Shown here: positions 28,454 through 42,995 of the stretch, in pieces
How the letters are laid out: every line of letters starts with the position of its first letter
How positions within the stretch are numbered: position 1 is the first letter of the stretch
NCBI GenBank assembly: GCA_040954595.2
Contig: CM082579.2
Location: 1,749,908-1,813,907, forward strand
Source of the DNA: Balanoglossus misakiensis
Lineage: Eukaryota > Animalia > Hemichordata
Direction of reading: 5' to 3'
DNA length: 64,000 nucleotides
Program-made: the position numbers and the translations under genes
The notes under the pieces: model-generated
What the model was told of the DNA's origin: nothing
The model's database searches: none
The model's input: the letters and a program-made list of their open reading frames with translations, nothing else

Positions 28454-29476
28454 TTAGTGCACAACATCTACTTCTGCGTCATGCCTCGTCATGCTGTGCG
28501 CCATGGTGGAATCACCGATTGATGTCGTGCGTCTGGGGCAGAACACCAGCTTCACTCCTTTCTGAAATTGCTTATACTTTAAGGCGTATATGAAGGGGTT
28601 AATTGAGGTATTCAAAAAGCCCCACAACACGGTGAAGTGGTAGAAAAAGCTTCTGAAATCGATCTCGGCGCCCAGGTTTTGAGCGAGGAACACGAACTGG
28701 TTGGGCCCCCAGCAGATGGCGTAGGCCAGGAACACCATGAAGAGCATCTTCAGGACGTTCTTGCGCGCGCGCAGCATGGACCCTTCCTGAGTGTTGGCTG
28801 TGTTGTTCCCCGGACCGTTGAGAATGGCGTCGGCAGACTTGCTCTTCAGAACCTTGAAGATGTGGATGTAGGCGAACGACATGGCAATCAGCGGGATGAA
28901 GTATTGGATCAAGATGTTGACAATGCCGACGAACTTGCGGTAGCCAGCGGACGGCCAGATCTTCTTCAGGACGCAGAAGCCACCCTCGAAGAACTGGACG
29001 TAAACTTTAAAGCTCTTGAAGGCCAGCGAGATCACCCAGACCATGACCAGTGTCACCTTGACCTTGCACTCTGAGAACACGCTCGCATAATGGAGGGGAT
29101 ACACGATGGCACAGTAGCGCTCGCAGGTCACAACCACGAGATTCAGCGTGGATGCAAGAAAGCAGGACCACAGCAGATAGGCTGACTTCCACACCCGGCA
29201 GATGATTTCACCGAAGGCGTTGTCGAACGTGTGCGTAAACTGCGGCCCCATGTACGTGCCAACCATGATGACGGCTGTGATGAAGTCAATGACTGCCTGG
29301 TGCACGATGAGATAGTTGGTCAGCGTTCGCAGCTGACGAATCTTCAGGAACACCAGACACACCAGTGCATTGCCGAACAGACCGACAATGCCGATGAAGC
29401 CAAGAGTTATGTTCATTACGGTGTCTGTCGCTGACGCCGATAACTCAGTGTTTGTAGTGTTGGTATAGTTTGCCAT
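28454..29476 (-). CDS. Rhodopsin-class (class A) GPCR, galanin/allatostatin-A/peptide-receptor-like; single coding exon, 340 aa
   Basis: Likely start MANYTNTT with N-glycosylation sequons. Seven hydrophobic segments carry GN (TM1), D in TM2, C at the start of TM3, ERY, W (TM4), P (TM5), CWGP (TM6) and NPFIY (TM7). The ligand cannot be determined from sequence alone. Confidence 0.93.
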   Translation of the reverse strand: MANYTNTTNTELSASATDTVMNITLGFIGIVGLFGNALVCLVFLKIRQLRTLTNYLIVHQAVIDFITAVIMVGTYMGPQFTHTFDNAFGEIICRVWKSAYLLWSCFLASTLNLVVVTCERYCAIVYPLHYASVFSECKVKVTLVMVWVISLAFKSFKVYVQFFEGGFCVLKKIWPSAGYRKFVGIVNILIQYFIPLIAMSFAYIHIFKVLKSKSADAILNGPGNNTANTQEGSMLRARKNVLKMLFMVFLAYAICWGPNQFVFLAQNLGAEIDFRSFFYHFTVLWGFLNTSINPFIYALKYKQFQKGVKLVFCPRRTTSIGDSTMAHSMTRHDAEVDVVH

Positions 29477-32400
29477 ATCTATTGTTAAGTGGCTGCAAAT
29501 AAAAGTTAACATAAGTATAAATGATTTAATAACATTGTACCTTAAAGAAGATAATTCTTGAATGAAAAATTGTTCGAAAGTTTAGCAACATAAGTTGACT
29601 TTGAAAAGATGGATTCTGTAAAAGAAACATAAATGATTACGTAATTTTCCTGTGACTTGACTATTTGCTGTATTTTAAGGTTATTTTTTTTCGCCAGAGG
29701 CCTATAAGACATCAATCGATCCTACCTTACTTGATCAGTACATGAATCATGCAGGTATGATTGTTATTGCCCGCTTTCGCCATGTACTATTAATATGAGC
29801 AAGATTGTTCAAAGGGTGCGCCATTTGATATCCGAAGGATAGTGCAGTTAGATGCAATACACGTTAGGTCTCCGTTTTTAGGACATGGCAACCTTTTTAA
29901 AGCTATATTGAATCCATATTTTTCTTGTAGTCATTTCAAGGCAACGCGGAAAGCTAAACAAGCATATGGCGTCGTTAAAAATCGTCAGCCAACGTCAGAC
30001 AAATCATGCTAGCGTAACTTGTGACTGTGTTTATTCTGCAAAGTCTCCCTATTTAGTTTTACCCCGCTGTATATACTTATCTATTGAAGAATGGTGTACA
30101 AATTGCGCAATTAACGAAAACCGTGTGAAAACTAGTGCAAATTAATAATGAAAGTAAAAACTAGGCAACCGTTTTGTTTCAACCTCAAAGCAGAACGAGA
30201 CAATGTTTACCTTTCCTACAGGGGTAAAATCACCAAACACCAGCAGTCAATTTGTCGATTCTAACAGATCACACGATTTCAAACACATGTAACACACCTT
30301 GTAGGTACAATTTGCACCGTTTCCAGAATTTTAATGGTCTTGGGTTCTGTATGTACCAAGAACCGAAACATTTGACGATATAGGCTGGATTCTATATCAA
30401 TTTGCAGGTCAAATGTGACTCTTTTCGAATGCATTTGTGTATTACCGGTAAAGATAATCCTTTCCGTCGAACACGTTCGTACATGTGAGTGAACGTTCCA
30501 CGTATATACCAACTAAATTATCAAGCAATCGCCATGGCGTGCGGAACACCAATTTACTCGGGCGTTTAGGCTCCAATCATGATTACATGTACTAACACGA
30601 CGTTTCTGGCGGTAGAATTTATGAGACTATCCATGAGTGTTTATTAAAAATGCAACAAACATCAATTTAACAGTCTTCTGGCTCAAAAATGAGCTTACAA
30701 ATTACACTTGCGACGTTTTCAAGCGTAAATATTGCGACGGGGTTGGCCCAGTTTCTTGCAAACGACGGAAAGCGCCCTGAAGCACACACGAATGCAATCA
30801 CTTTCTCTGAAAAAATGCAAAAGCTTTGAATGAATTAACAGTTCGCGGTTTCCAAATGGAATACATAGTTCGTTCTGAGGATTGGACGATCCACCAACGC
30901 AGTACCAACCTTTTATCTCTTTACGTTCTTCTTTAAGCGGATAGGTGAGACAATTATCCACGTCTGAGCTTCAAATCTCCGACAGGTACACCAATGTTTA
31001 AATTGGTCGATTAGAAACTCACGAGTGAACTGGAGACGCTACTCACACACCCAGAACATTCTTCAATAAACTCAAACATTTTTATTTTCCGCGTTTAGAG
31101 GTAGTTTAGTTGTTTATGTAAAAAGTGAAGGTTATTTGTCATTGAATAACAACACCTCTAATGACGTAAATGGATCAGTGGTAAACACTATTCATAGAAT
31201 CAAGGTGCAAACTCAACAAATTAAGACTTTTACATGTTTCCAGCTTTAGATTTTGTTAACAATGTAAGTCTTAGCTTTTGACGCGCAGTAATTTTCGATT
31301 CGCTTTAACTCATTAGTCATTAGCGTTTTCTTCGAAGAATTAGTTTTAATGAAGCTGTTTTTCCTCGAAAAACGCCGAATGTTTTACGTGTCCAATTGGT
31401 CGAATTATGTTGCTGTTGCCCGCTGCGGTTTGTGCGTTTGGTGTCGCCCTCAGGGCAACAGTTTCAGAAGACAAAGACGTCCCTTTGTTGTGGCTTAGGA
31501 TTTCATGAAGATTACAACTCATTAGTAACTCTACAACCCAGCGTCGTCAAGTCGCTGTGATACAAGGTGCATGCAAGCGAACTTGGATGGTAGAGCTAGA
31601 TTTAACTTTTCTTTATGCCGCTTATTCGACTGTAACTTTACACGTACAGGTTCTGCTGAACAGATCTATCACCGTCACCATGTGTGTGCGTACACTGAGG
31701 ATTTATTTCAAATTATCAAATGTTATATATTGTCTCATTACCTCAGTTTCTGAAATCACTATTGTGTTTTCACATGCTAAATCTTCTGTGAAAACCAGTA
31801 TCTTTGATAGGCAACCAATCTGTGAAAATATAGAAGTGCCATTATTCAAAATGAGAAAAAAATCGTATGGGATTTTTACTGTTAGTTTATAGATTATAGG
31901 CTCCGTATCACGGCAGCACAGCAGACAATGGTACCCTGAAACAAAGATATTGGGCAATCTGGGTGAAGGGGTGATGGAAGTAACTAGAACGGCAGTGGCA
32001 ATATCAGCTTTCATCAGTTCTTCTGTTACCCCCCCCCCCCCCAGACTGGCATAGCAGATGGTTAGTGACTGTACTTAGCTAGCAGATAATGTCATTTCAA
32101 TCATTTTCCGTGAATGTATAGGGGAACAAGTAGCGACATATCATGGCAACGTAATTCGATATACATTTTGCTTCGGGGGGTTAAGAAATTACATATAAAA
32201 GTAAAAAAAACGGCTACTATTTTGACATATATGTTTTTATGGGTGACCTTTGAATAAATCGGAGAGTTGAGAGATGCTCACGGATAGCGAAACCTAGACT
32301 AAAATTAGAACATATTTAGTTTAGTTGCTTGTTAACCTGGAAAATCCGACTGGAAAACCTCCGTGATCTCGCCAAGCAAGTTCTCCGACCGGCCACAAAT

Positions 32401-35400
32401 TTCCCATGGTGGATCATTGGAAGGTTAAACATTCGCAGCCAACTGTGGCATTTTTTAGAATTGTCAAAAGAGGCTTTGCACACTGGAGAGTTCTTACAGA
32501 AAGTGCACACACACTCTTTATTACGTAGGTATACGATTTGTAACGGATTAATTGAACACTCTACGCATGAGGCCTGAAATGTACGTATTAGCGCAGCATT
32601 CTATAGAAAGTCGTTATCACCAAAGGATTTTCTCCTGTCCAGCAATCTTGAAGGTAATAGCCTGTTCTACGTTTGCGAAGTATACCTTCACCTTCGTGTA
32701 TTGTTGAATGGTCTGATAAACACGGCTTCCTGATAATAGTGCGAGGTAAACGTTGATGATATGCGCGGGCTGTTGTCAAAGTTGAACGATAAAGCATCAA
32801 TAATTGATTTACTTATCCTAGGGTTATGCTTCAATAGGTATTTCAGCACAATTCAATAGGAGAATAATAATAATAATAAATTGATTCATGACATCATATG
32901 CTATATAGACGTACACGAACCTATTTCTGCGAAAAGCTTCTGAACTTATTTTCGATTTCTACCTTTGTTTGAGACAAGTCTTAGAGTTATAGAACAGCAA
33001 ACATAACTCTTCAGAACTGTGATATGTCAGGGTTTGAGATTTTCGGGCTCCATAACCCAGCTAGAGGTATTTTGTCTTTGTTTCGGGCTGTGTGCCCCTA
33101 CGCCAAACTCATAACAATTTTGATTTCCGTTTCATCCCCACTATCGCTACACAGTTTCTTTATAATACGATTTTGAATATCTCCGAGTTAATCGGGTTTC
33201 TTCATGGAGACGAAGGTCACGTAGAAAGAAAAACACAAACACAAGGAGAAATTTTGACGCTTGTACGCACATTTCTGGTTGGAAATGGAGAGAATCCGGT
33301 AACAACAGCGACTTGGAAAACGTGCCAATTATGCAGTTCCTTTGCCTTGAAGGCACTTCCCTATTGCAAGAGCAGGGTATCACAGCAGGCAAAATACGCT
33401 GACGCTCGTCTCATTTTACAAACATAGGCTTATCATATACACGCCTTCGGGTGATTTTACTACATGCCACTTCGTTTCGAATACAGACTTCGCCGTCTAA
33501 CCTACAAGTTAGAGGATCCCTTGCTCCTTGAAATGTCACGAAACACACACTGTACCCAGCAAAGCAACGTTATATTTCAATTCCAAAAATCTACTATGTC
33601 CTAAATTGTCTGAGAATGGGGTTTATTTCTTCCGCGGCCCATCGGTCACTGTGACAGCCCACTTAATCAAGTATAGCAGTTAATATCTGAATGTGCTAAA
33701 GGCATAATTGCTATCCGAGAGAGCTTATGCGCGCGGAACGCTGTAAATCTCTAATGAACCCCACAGATGAATTCTTGGTACTTTGTGATTACATTGTCAC
33801 ATCATATAGGGATATAATAATATCACAATTTGAGTTTGAATTTAATCTATAAACTACTCGCACCTTTAAGCCTTCATATCTGTCCCTTTTGAAATACGTC
33901 AATTCGAGGAAAGTAGCGTTTATACCAGATTGTCATATAATTGTGGAGTTGTAAATTAAAATGTATACGTGTATATGAATACAGAAGGACTCCTTCTCGA
34001 GACGTCAGACATCAGAACTCTCATCATGAGTTTTGTCTAACCACTTCCGTGTCTAGTTGACCCTGTCTTGCAGCTGAGGCGACAGCTGGCATATGACGTT
34101 CCTCTCAAAAATACTATACTTGATTAACCGAATGGTGTATGTTATCAAGCAGACCCCTTACAAGAAATGGTGAAATATACTAGTACTTTACAACAAACAA
34201 AACTCTAGACGTCATTTAACAGTAAAGTAATATTTTATATTAAATATTTGATCACATTTTCGTCAACTTCCTTTAGAAGTCCATATCAACCAAGGCCACT
34301 GCCTGCATCAATAGGTGATGCTCCTCTCATTGCGAGATCTCACGGGGCTAGGCTACTTGCCGTACAACGAATTGCTAGCCAAGGAAATACAAGTCATGCT
34401 TTGTATGAAATTAGAATAGATGTAGAGTTTAACAAAAATAATGTGTATGTTTTGTGCCATTTAACTCATACTGTTTGTTCCGTACTGTGCCACATGAGAG
34501 TGTTCTCACACATGAACTGCCCAGCCAAGCGAGATCTCGATATTCTCCACGAAGAGCACACAGAACAAGGTTTGTATTGGCTATTGATATTGAAAATCCA
34601 AGTCAAATAATATCATCCTAAAATTTAGAGATAAACTCTGGTCCACTATTTAAACGTATGTCAATCAAGAAGTAGAAGTGTAATTTCTACAGGTACATGT
34701 ACGTCATCAAACATGATTCCAATCGTTGCATTAACGTCAACATACATGTAATCATATACACTAGATGTAATATATTAGAGTTACTTCCTGAAGATCGTTT
34801 GCAAGTTTAATATTCCTGCCCAACGTCACAGCATCTATACGACTTGAATGTTTCCATCACGCACTGTGTTATCGTGTAAGGCTACCTCCATATATTGCGT
34901 GCGACATCATTTTTTTATGATCGTACATAGCAAAGTATTGCCGTGTGGTATGTTATTGAGAGCATTGTGAAAAAGCGCTTGTACAATCATGCAACTGTTG
35001 GGAATAGTGCAGGGGCACTCGTATCACTTACAGGCGAACCTGGTTATTAATGGTGCCTCAAAGACATAATCGAATTATGATAAGTGATCTCTTCTCAAAG
35101 ATGGGCCAAATTCAATTACACGCAGATCTCAATGCAGACGAGAAAGGGCTATTTGCCATCGAATACTGTTTAATGAAGTGTGCCTAATTTTACCAGAATA
35201 CTTGAAATTATAGTCTGATCGTCCAGTGATGTGAACTAGTTCTCCACAATGTGTTGAGTGACATAGGAGTACTGATCTCAACCATCGACAGTGGTTTTAT
35301 TACCGCCAAACCCGAACTAGTTCCATCTACTTCACTTTCAGCCACGTTGATAAATAATGCAGTAACATATTCTATTTCAACGTGCAGTGACATTGGCATC

Positions 35401-38400
35401 AATTTATTTTAACGGAGACAAGTCGTGCACATGTGTGTTGGCAATTTATTTCTATATTTCTATTTCTATGTTTAACCATAGACCTTATAGAGAAGAAGGG
35501 TCTTTAGTGTACAATGAACATGGTTTAACATGGACGACACTGTTACTGCAGCCGCGGTCGTAGCACTGTTTACGGCGATGAAATAACACCACGGTGCCAC
35601 CTGAAACTTTACCCTCTTCGTCAACCAACCCTTTCTCTTTCACAATATTCCTCCCTCCCAAGGCTCCCTCTAAATATAGCTAACCTATGACATTATTCGT
35701 GTTTGCACAATTTGGCTATTTTTGGCGAAGTTTTCAATACATGTCCGTGCAGAATGTCTGTCGTATGTATCCATCTCCCGGCCCAAGACACTTCGTATTC
35801 AAAAATGTTCAATGCAGCTCTGGTATTCATGAAAAGATGCCGATGTTTCCCGGACGCGTCAACAGCTATAGCTACAGAGTACATGTCAGTATCAGGCTAC
35901 ATAAGGAGATAATAGACAACGAATGAGAAGTAAACGAGAATGGTATTACTCTCACAATTCATGACGATTTGATTGCGACAAGCTATGCATACGCGGAAAT
36001 ATAATATTGATTTACGTAACACGCCCGTATTCCCTGCAGGAAACCGGTCGATAACGAGCGAAAGCAATTCTCGCTTCTTAAAACATCTGTTTTGTGCAAC
36101 GGAGATTTCAAAATAAATAGCTTGTGATCAAGATCGATTTTCAGTCCACACGCACCAATTGACACTTCGGATTGCGCGGTAATGACGATATAATGAGGTG
36201 TTGATCTGGTCTCCTCGGGGAAACGCGCTCTGCCCCGCCACGAATAAGCTTCGAAAACAATGAAAGACTACTTGACGAAATGATTATATACTGCCGACTT
36301 TCATTTACAATCCGATTAAAATAAATCAGCGGTTTGAACAATGACCCTTTGCTTGTAAAAGGAGGGTAATTATTGTCTCATATCGCATAGGTATCTAATG
36401 ATGTTGAATGTTTAATATGTTATATGGTACATGTATATACATTTCTAATGAAATGAAGAATAGTACATGTTTTTCTAAAGGTCGGGTGTCTCTTATTTCT
36501 TGTACACATTTTCTTAAAAATAAGACAGTACTTGGTCTTCCTTATCAATAATATATGAATGTGTGGAATGTTTTTTTTCTTCTAAAAACAGGGGGTATTT
36601 AAGAGATCGATAGTCCTGATGCAAAATCAACTATTTTTAGAAGTTGAGAGAGCAGATGTTCGACGGTTTAGTTGAGTATATAACATAACAACCCTTTTAG
36701 CCTATGTACATATACATGTAGATCTAGACTCGTTAGATAGTCACAGGTAAACATGAACAACTGAATAAGTGCTTGTGGGCACGGCTAAGCTTTCTGCTGG
36801 AGTTCGACAATGACAAGTAAGGTCAGCTTACCGTAATTTACAGATATTGCACTTGTGGGTATAAATGCCTAATCGGTTCGGAGAGACGATTGAAAACACA
36901 CGTAAGCGTCTTCTCTCGCTATTTCTGTCGCGATGAAGCGTATTCAGTTGCGAGGTCTACGCATCATGTGTGAGAGACAATTTATGATAAAAAAATTTGC
37001 AGACGGCATCCTAAGTAAGGCAACATATATACAAAGAACATTTGTAAGAAAATGTTCTTAGCCAATAAACAGTTGGGAAACTTATTGCGTGTCGTAAATT
37101 GGCACACGTGACACATTGTCACCAGGCGCATGTAGATCAAAACGAGGCTCTGGCCTCATCTTTTAGACAATAATGCGGGCGAAACAACCCGCGCAAAGTT
37201 TACGCTCACACGCAGTTGATCAATTGATAAACATGCATGGGGGACATTTCTTACGGAAAGTTCAACGCATGTATTACATAACCGATGTACACATGTTCAG
37301 GCTAATGTTACGAATCCTATATATTCATGTACTTTAAAATGATATTTAACGACGCGCCACTGTGTTTACACTGACGTCATTTTTGTTTGTGATAAAAAAA
37401 ACTTGAAATCACAGCCTCACTTGGATGGAAAAATACCAAATATGGCAAAAACATAAATTTACTAGCTATAGTAAGTTCTCTGCGTGATACACATATTAGC
37501 TACGCGCGTCTAGATGAAATTGTGTAATGTGGGTGGTTTGATGTTTAGTATTCGATGAACGACGGCGGTATTTTCCAATGCCATAATACTGAATCCTAGG
37601 AGAGGTGACGTCATGATGAGGCTTATTTGGTGACGAACACCGTCCTTACAACACGATAGCTGAAAATCGTGTAAATCAAGTAGAGGAGGTATAGTAGGGC
37701 AGTGTGTATACAGCGAGTATATCCACTTGAATATGAATAATCATCAATTCACACAATAATTCTGTCACGATTGTCATTCGCTGGAGAATGGTTACCTACA
37801 TGAAGCTTGGCACGCAAGTCCAGATTTATTTCTGTACAACATTCATGAAGTACTTTTAAGAATCATGGGATTAATCAATTCGGATTCTCGTCTGGAAAGA
37901 ACGAATGACTTGTCAAATTCTGTATATTGTGGTCAAAATTTCCTGATATTTGTGGACGCTTCTGTGGATGAATTAATAATTGAGCTAGTAATACGACACG
38001 ATGTCGACAAAAAACACGGAGAAAGGATGCGCTCGTGTATCGATACCAAAAAAAAAACATGATACACAACGAGATTGCAAATCGGTTTCACTCGTCATTC
38101 TCTTTTGGTGTGATAAAACGAAAGAGGCATGACATGTGGCATATCATTAGACAATTAAGAGGTCACTTAATTGGATGAAGACGACCTCTCAATCGAATTC
38201 GAAGTGGGTGTATAGGCAGGTAAGAACATTTTGTTATGGCCTAACCTATATACACCAACGCACTTTCTTAGTTCATCTCAATCTCTTGCACTTAATACGC
38301 CAAAGAAAGAAAGCTAGGGTATTGTGTGACATGGATGATTTTGATAGGCAAGGGTGACTCGAAAGCTTATGTGTCGTAAAACCTGCAGCATCGCAGGGTC

Positions 38401-40876
38401 AGGCGTTCTATGGTACGTGTATATGATATGATGTCACGTCAGTCACAAACTGACGTAGTAAAAGAGGGTGCAAATGGGTCTAGAGTACGTGGTCCGAAAC
38501 TAGAAGAAGACAGAGTGTCAACTCACCTGCTCACGACGCCATTTGAAGCACTATGAGATATCGACTACAGTGCAATCACTATCAGTCTGATTTATGTAAT
38601 TACGTAGCATGATTACAATCTTTCACTGAAAGTGAAAGCTTGATCTGACCATGAAGTGTTATACCACACTTCCCTTGGGAGATTTCGAGAGAGTGATAAT
38701 TGTTTCCTCATAATTTTAACGATATGTGTAATTTATTTCCACGGGGATGCCAGTGTATATTTCATCGGGAGGAAATTAATGAAAAGAAATTATACTCACA
38801 GGGAGTATTGAAACAAATTAGGGATAAGGGGGAGAAATAATACTAATGATGCCCTCATGGAACATTGATCCAACGGTTTGACATTTACCAAACTGTAGGG
38901 GTGAACAAAATGAAGATCTTTGTTGCTATATATAATCGAGTTCAGGTTGCATTTCCGTGATAACAGCACACATGGCACCCCCCTAGTGCAAACAATAACC
39001 AAGAAAATCTACATGACGTAACCACTATGAAGATAAGGAGAATGTCCGCCGTGCCGCCGGCGGGAACTTTTTATAACATCTTGAATTGTAAATGAATTAA
39101 TAACTTCGTTAGCAATGACTGGTTTCATTAATTATTCAAATGTGACTTCTCGTCTGTCAGCAGTAATTTACCTTTTCGTTTGGTTACACCCCGAATACCC
39201 ATTACTGCAAATCACTTAATTTTATCCTAATTAGTCAGTCAATTCTAATGAAAAAATGGGATATCGAGAGTGAAATAAGCAAAACGTGAAAATAGCGCTC
39301 GTGTGCAGGGGCCCGACGTTCATGTGTATATTTCTAAGACACCCCGAAAAAGAAACTTAATGACGTTTTGAAATGTTGCCCTAGAGGCTTTAAACAATAA
39401 GAAGAGATGTCAGAAAAAAACAGTTAATGTATCATTAGTATGTTTGTTTCATGTCTTCATGGATTGTTTTTATATTTCTTGCTAACTGTGGTGCTTGAAG
39501 AGATTTGCTCTCTGAATCGCTCCCTGGCGTCAGATGATCCTGTCTTAAGACTGACGCATGCCCTGCAGTGCCTATTAATCAAAACATCATTGCTTGGACG
39601 ATTTGTAAAAGAACTGAATTTGAGAAAAGCATTATTTTCAAAAATCAAAGAACAGCTGTGTTTCAATTTGAAAACTGATTCCTGTGTTTGGAAGTCAGGG
39701 GTTTTGTGCTGAAAAATAATTGGCTACGATGACTTAGATTATTGGCATTATAGGCACATAATTATCCAACTTTTGCTTTGTTCTGCTGTTTTCATTCGAC
39801 TGTAGAGTTTTTTTCACTTATCCTCGACTGACACTTAGCTCCATTTGTAAAACGGAAATTCAAAACACGGACGGTGTACAGTTGATTGGTTACATCACAA
39901 ACAAGGAGATCCCATGAACATGGTCGACACGTGCATACCAACGAAAATCCAAACCCGATAGCTGTCGCTATTTGTGGAGTCAAATTTTATGATGTGAAAG
40001 GCAAAAATAGTCGACCATCCATACTCTCGCAAACATTTATCGATTAACAGTCAATATACTGGATTGTAAAATAAATATGATGTGGGATTGTACCCGCAAG
40101 TATAATAAAACTATTTCTGTGACCTCCATATGGCTGTCGGCGCTGCCTTTCCTGGGGAAAATGTTGCCAGGATGAAGGTTGCCGAACATCGCTGGAACAA
40201 GACAAGTATGGACACGGTCTCACTGAATGAAGCTGCGAATGTAGCGTTCCGAGAAAGCCATCAACGCCCGTCATTACCGTGAGAAGCAGTCCGTCACTAA
40301 AGCACTTCAAGGTGAAGTGTAACCCGAAATTTTTTTGTCGTGAAATTAGTGCCACGTGTATAGACAGACAGAATGACAACTGTAGCCCCTCAGCATTTCC
40401 AACATAAACAGTCGGTCTGGAGACTGAACATAGGGGAAAACATGATTTGGAAACAAACACGTGTGTTTTCTAACTGGGTGGATGGCTCAGGACGTTCACA
40501 ACATATCATTTGAGCGGAAAGCGATGAAACAACTTATGTTTGCAAAGCGCGCAGATAACCTGCAGTACAAACACGGCAAATTTTCGCACTATTTCGCTTC
40601 GCAACTGTAGAATGCTCTTACCTAGTAAGATGGCTTGCCTTTAGAGGAATAATCCGTATGGCCTGCTTTCATATCTTGCAAACAAAACGCAAGAGAAACT
40701 TCTTTAAACGCTCGAACGTGTGTGCTACACGCAGATGATGATGAGGCGCCATTTTATGTAGGCGTGATCATATGACAGAAAAAAGCAACGCAGTAGAACT
40801 CACACAAAGAGGGTGTAACGGGATCTCAGGTAGAAATGGCCAATGGAGGGACTCCAAATGCCTGCTGCTTATTATT

Positions 40877-40987
40877 TGGTTGGCTGGTTGGTTGGTTGGT
40901 TGGATGGATGGATGGATGGATGGATGGATGGGTCAATCAATCAATCTATCAATCAATCAATTAATGTGGATAAGTCAATCAGTCAGT
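40877..40987. repeat. Compound tetranucleotide microsatellite (TGGT)n(TGGA)n(TCAA)n
   Basis: Directly visible; it explains the spurious WMDG-repeat ORF 40772..40990. Confidence 0.9.
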
Positions 40988-42237
40988 TGATCATTCAAAT
41001 CAACAACTAATACAGAAGAACACAAATCGTGTGTCTGACTAATAAAGAGGACATAACCTCAAACGCTTTACAACGTGTAATACTATTCAATATACTAGTA
41101 TTCGTTTCTATCAGCCTATTAAGTGAAGCAAATTGCCAGGGTGTACGTTTAACGACGATTGGAACAGAAGGACATGGCAATATATGTAGTGTCAATTCCC
41201 GATTAGGTAGCATTTACCCTTACTCTTGTTACCCATCCATTTTCGGACTACAAATTTCCAATTACCGTGAATGCAGCGTTCTAACTGATAGGGCTCTCAA
41301 TTATCTGTAATCTGGCAGACTTCAGCATATCTTTTTCAGTATTCCAGGTATAATACAGTTTCGTAACGTACAGTGTACATGCAAGTAGCTGTTGAGAAAT
41401 GGGCAAAGCTCTGGGACATTTAGACTTATAGATCGTCATTTGACGAGGGTCTATGTTTACTTTAAATAACTGTTGGGATTTAGGACTCTGTTTTTTACCG
41501 ATCAGACGAACAGAATTCTATGGCGCATGTTATGTCGACCAATGAACCCAGGTGGTCTCTTTCTCTGTCTACTGCGCGTGCGTAGCCAATCAAGCTCACA
41601 TTTCTTCGAATGATGGGCGGCGCGTGCAGCTGCGTTTTGTACAGACAGACTTTTTAAACCCGCTGGCTATCAATTCCTAGCAGAAGGCTGCCATAATAGT
41701 CTGCTCTTGACGTAAGAAGAGACTGTTCTGACCTACAGGTTGTCCAGTTAATCAGCCGACGAACAAAATGATATTAATCAGTTCTATATCGGGCGAAGAC
41801 TCTTTAGGTTTATAAATGCTGAAGAATGGCTGGGTTTGAGCAGGGAGGTACCAAAGTGTAGCTCCATGGTTTGAGATAACATGGAAATGCCTTGCAGCTT
41901 GGATCGGAAAATAGAGGAACTCTGCCCGACATCATGACGAATCTTTCGATCTACTCTTCTAAAACACGAAACTAAGCACGAGTCGAATCCAATATAGGAG
42001 GAAGAGAAAACTCAAGCGCACCGTAGACATTTAGATAAGATCAAACTGATCGTCTGGAAATGATAGGAGTGCCACCTTTCTGGTTGTTTTAAAATTCCAA
42101 AACGACATAGAAACCCACGATGTGCGTGTGTAACTAGCCCAACTATCAAATGGTTTGTGCATTCAGCAAGATTGAGGAAGAAAAACAAAAACGAAACATT
42201 TCAATATTAATAATGCTGGTTGTCACGGTCAACGTCA

Positions 42238-42319
42238 GCTGTGATGGCCGAGTGGTTAAGGCGTTGGACTCGAAATCCAATGGGGTCTCCCCGCGCAGGT
42301 TCGAACCCTGCTCGCAGCG
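42238..42319 (+). tRNA. tRNA-Ser(CGA)
   Basis: 82-nt GCTGTGATGGCCGAGTGG...CT-CGA-AA...GGTTCGAACCC...GCAGCG with A and B boxes, long variable arm and a downstream T6 Pol III terminator. Confidence 0.97.
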
Positions 42320-42995
42320 AAGTTGTTTTTTACTCTCTTTCGACATAAAATGAGAATTTAAAAACAGTGTCAGACATTTTCGCTTGAAAGTCTATAGTAC
42401 AAGAAATATAATCCACAGAACATGTGTATGTAAATTATTCATGTAAACGACAGTTCTCATTTTCAGAAGTCATCGCGCAAAAACACAAGGACATTGTGAA
42501 AATCCAAGACACTTGGCAAGGGTACTCAACTGTCGATTCAAGTTGCAGTTTATAGATAATAGCTCGTATTTGTCCTTTCTGACGAGAAAACAATAAAAGA
42601 TTTAGATGATAAACAATTTTCATAACCATCAATTATAGAGCTAACAGAAAATAGGCCATATGGGCGATGAAAAAACACCAATTTTGATGAGATAAGTGGA
42701 TTAAATGTATCATAAAGCAGAGATCTTGTCCTTAGGGCATCCTTCTTATTCATTAGAGGGATTGACGTGTAGGTCACTGAGGAAGAACCCGCTTTGTACA
42801 CAAGCTTTATCACTGGTACTTATAAGGTAACATTTCCACTCGTTTTCTATTGACTTCTTTCATGCTTTCGCCTGAACGTAATATTATACTAGTACATGTA
42901 TAAGCAATGTCATGTGTGTCTCCATGTTGCGTCTATTATTCAACGGTCGTTCATACAAAAACTCGACACCCCTTCTTTATTTATTTATAACTTGT

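Noticed and set aside
28637-29434. + strand ORFs over the GPCR
   Set aside because: Antisense shadows caused by GC-rich third codon positions
36845-36856. TATTGCACTTGT, matching the 5' end of miR-92
   Set aside because: The match stops after 12 nt and there is no complementary upstream arm to form a pre-miRNA
38520-38560. Strong minus-strand donor CAG|GTGAGT as a possible GPCR 5'UTR exon
   Set aside because: A donor motif alone is insufficient, and other candidate donors lie between it and the GPCR
42146-42353. ORFs overlapping the tRNA genes (also 47423-47645)
   Set aside because: Artefacts of translating tRNA sequence
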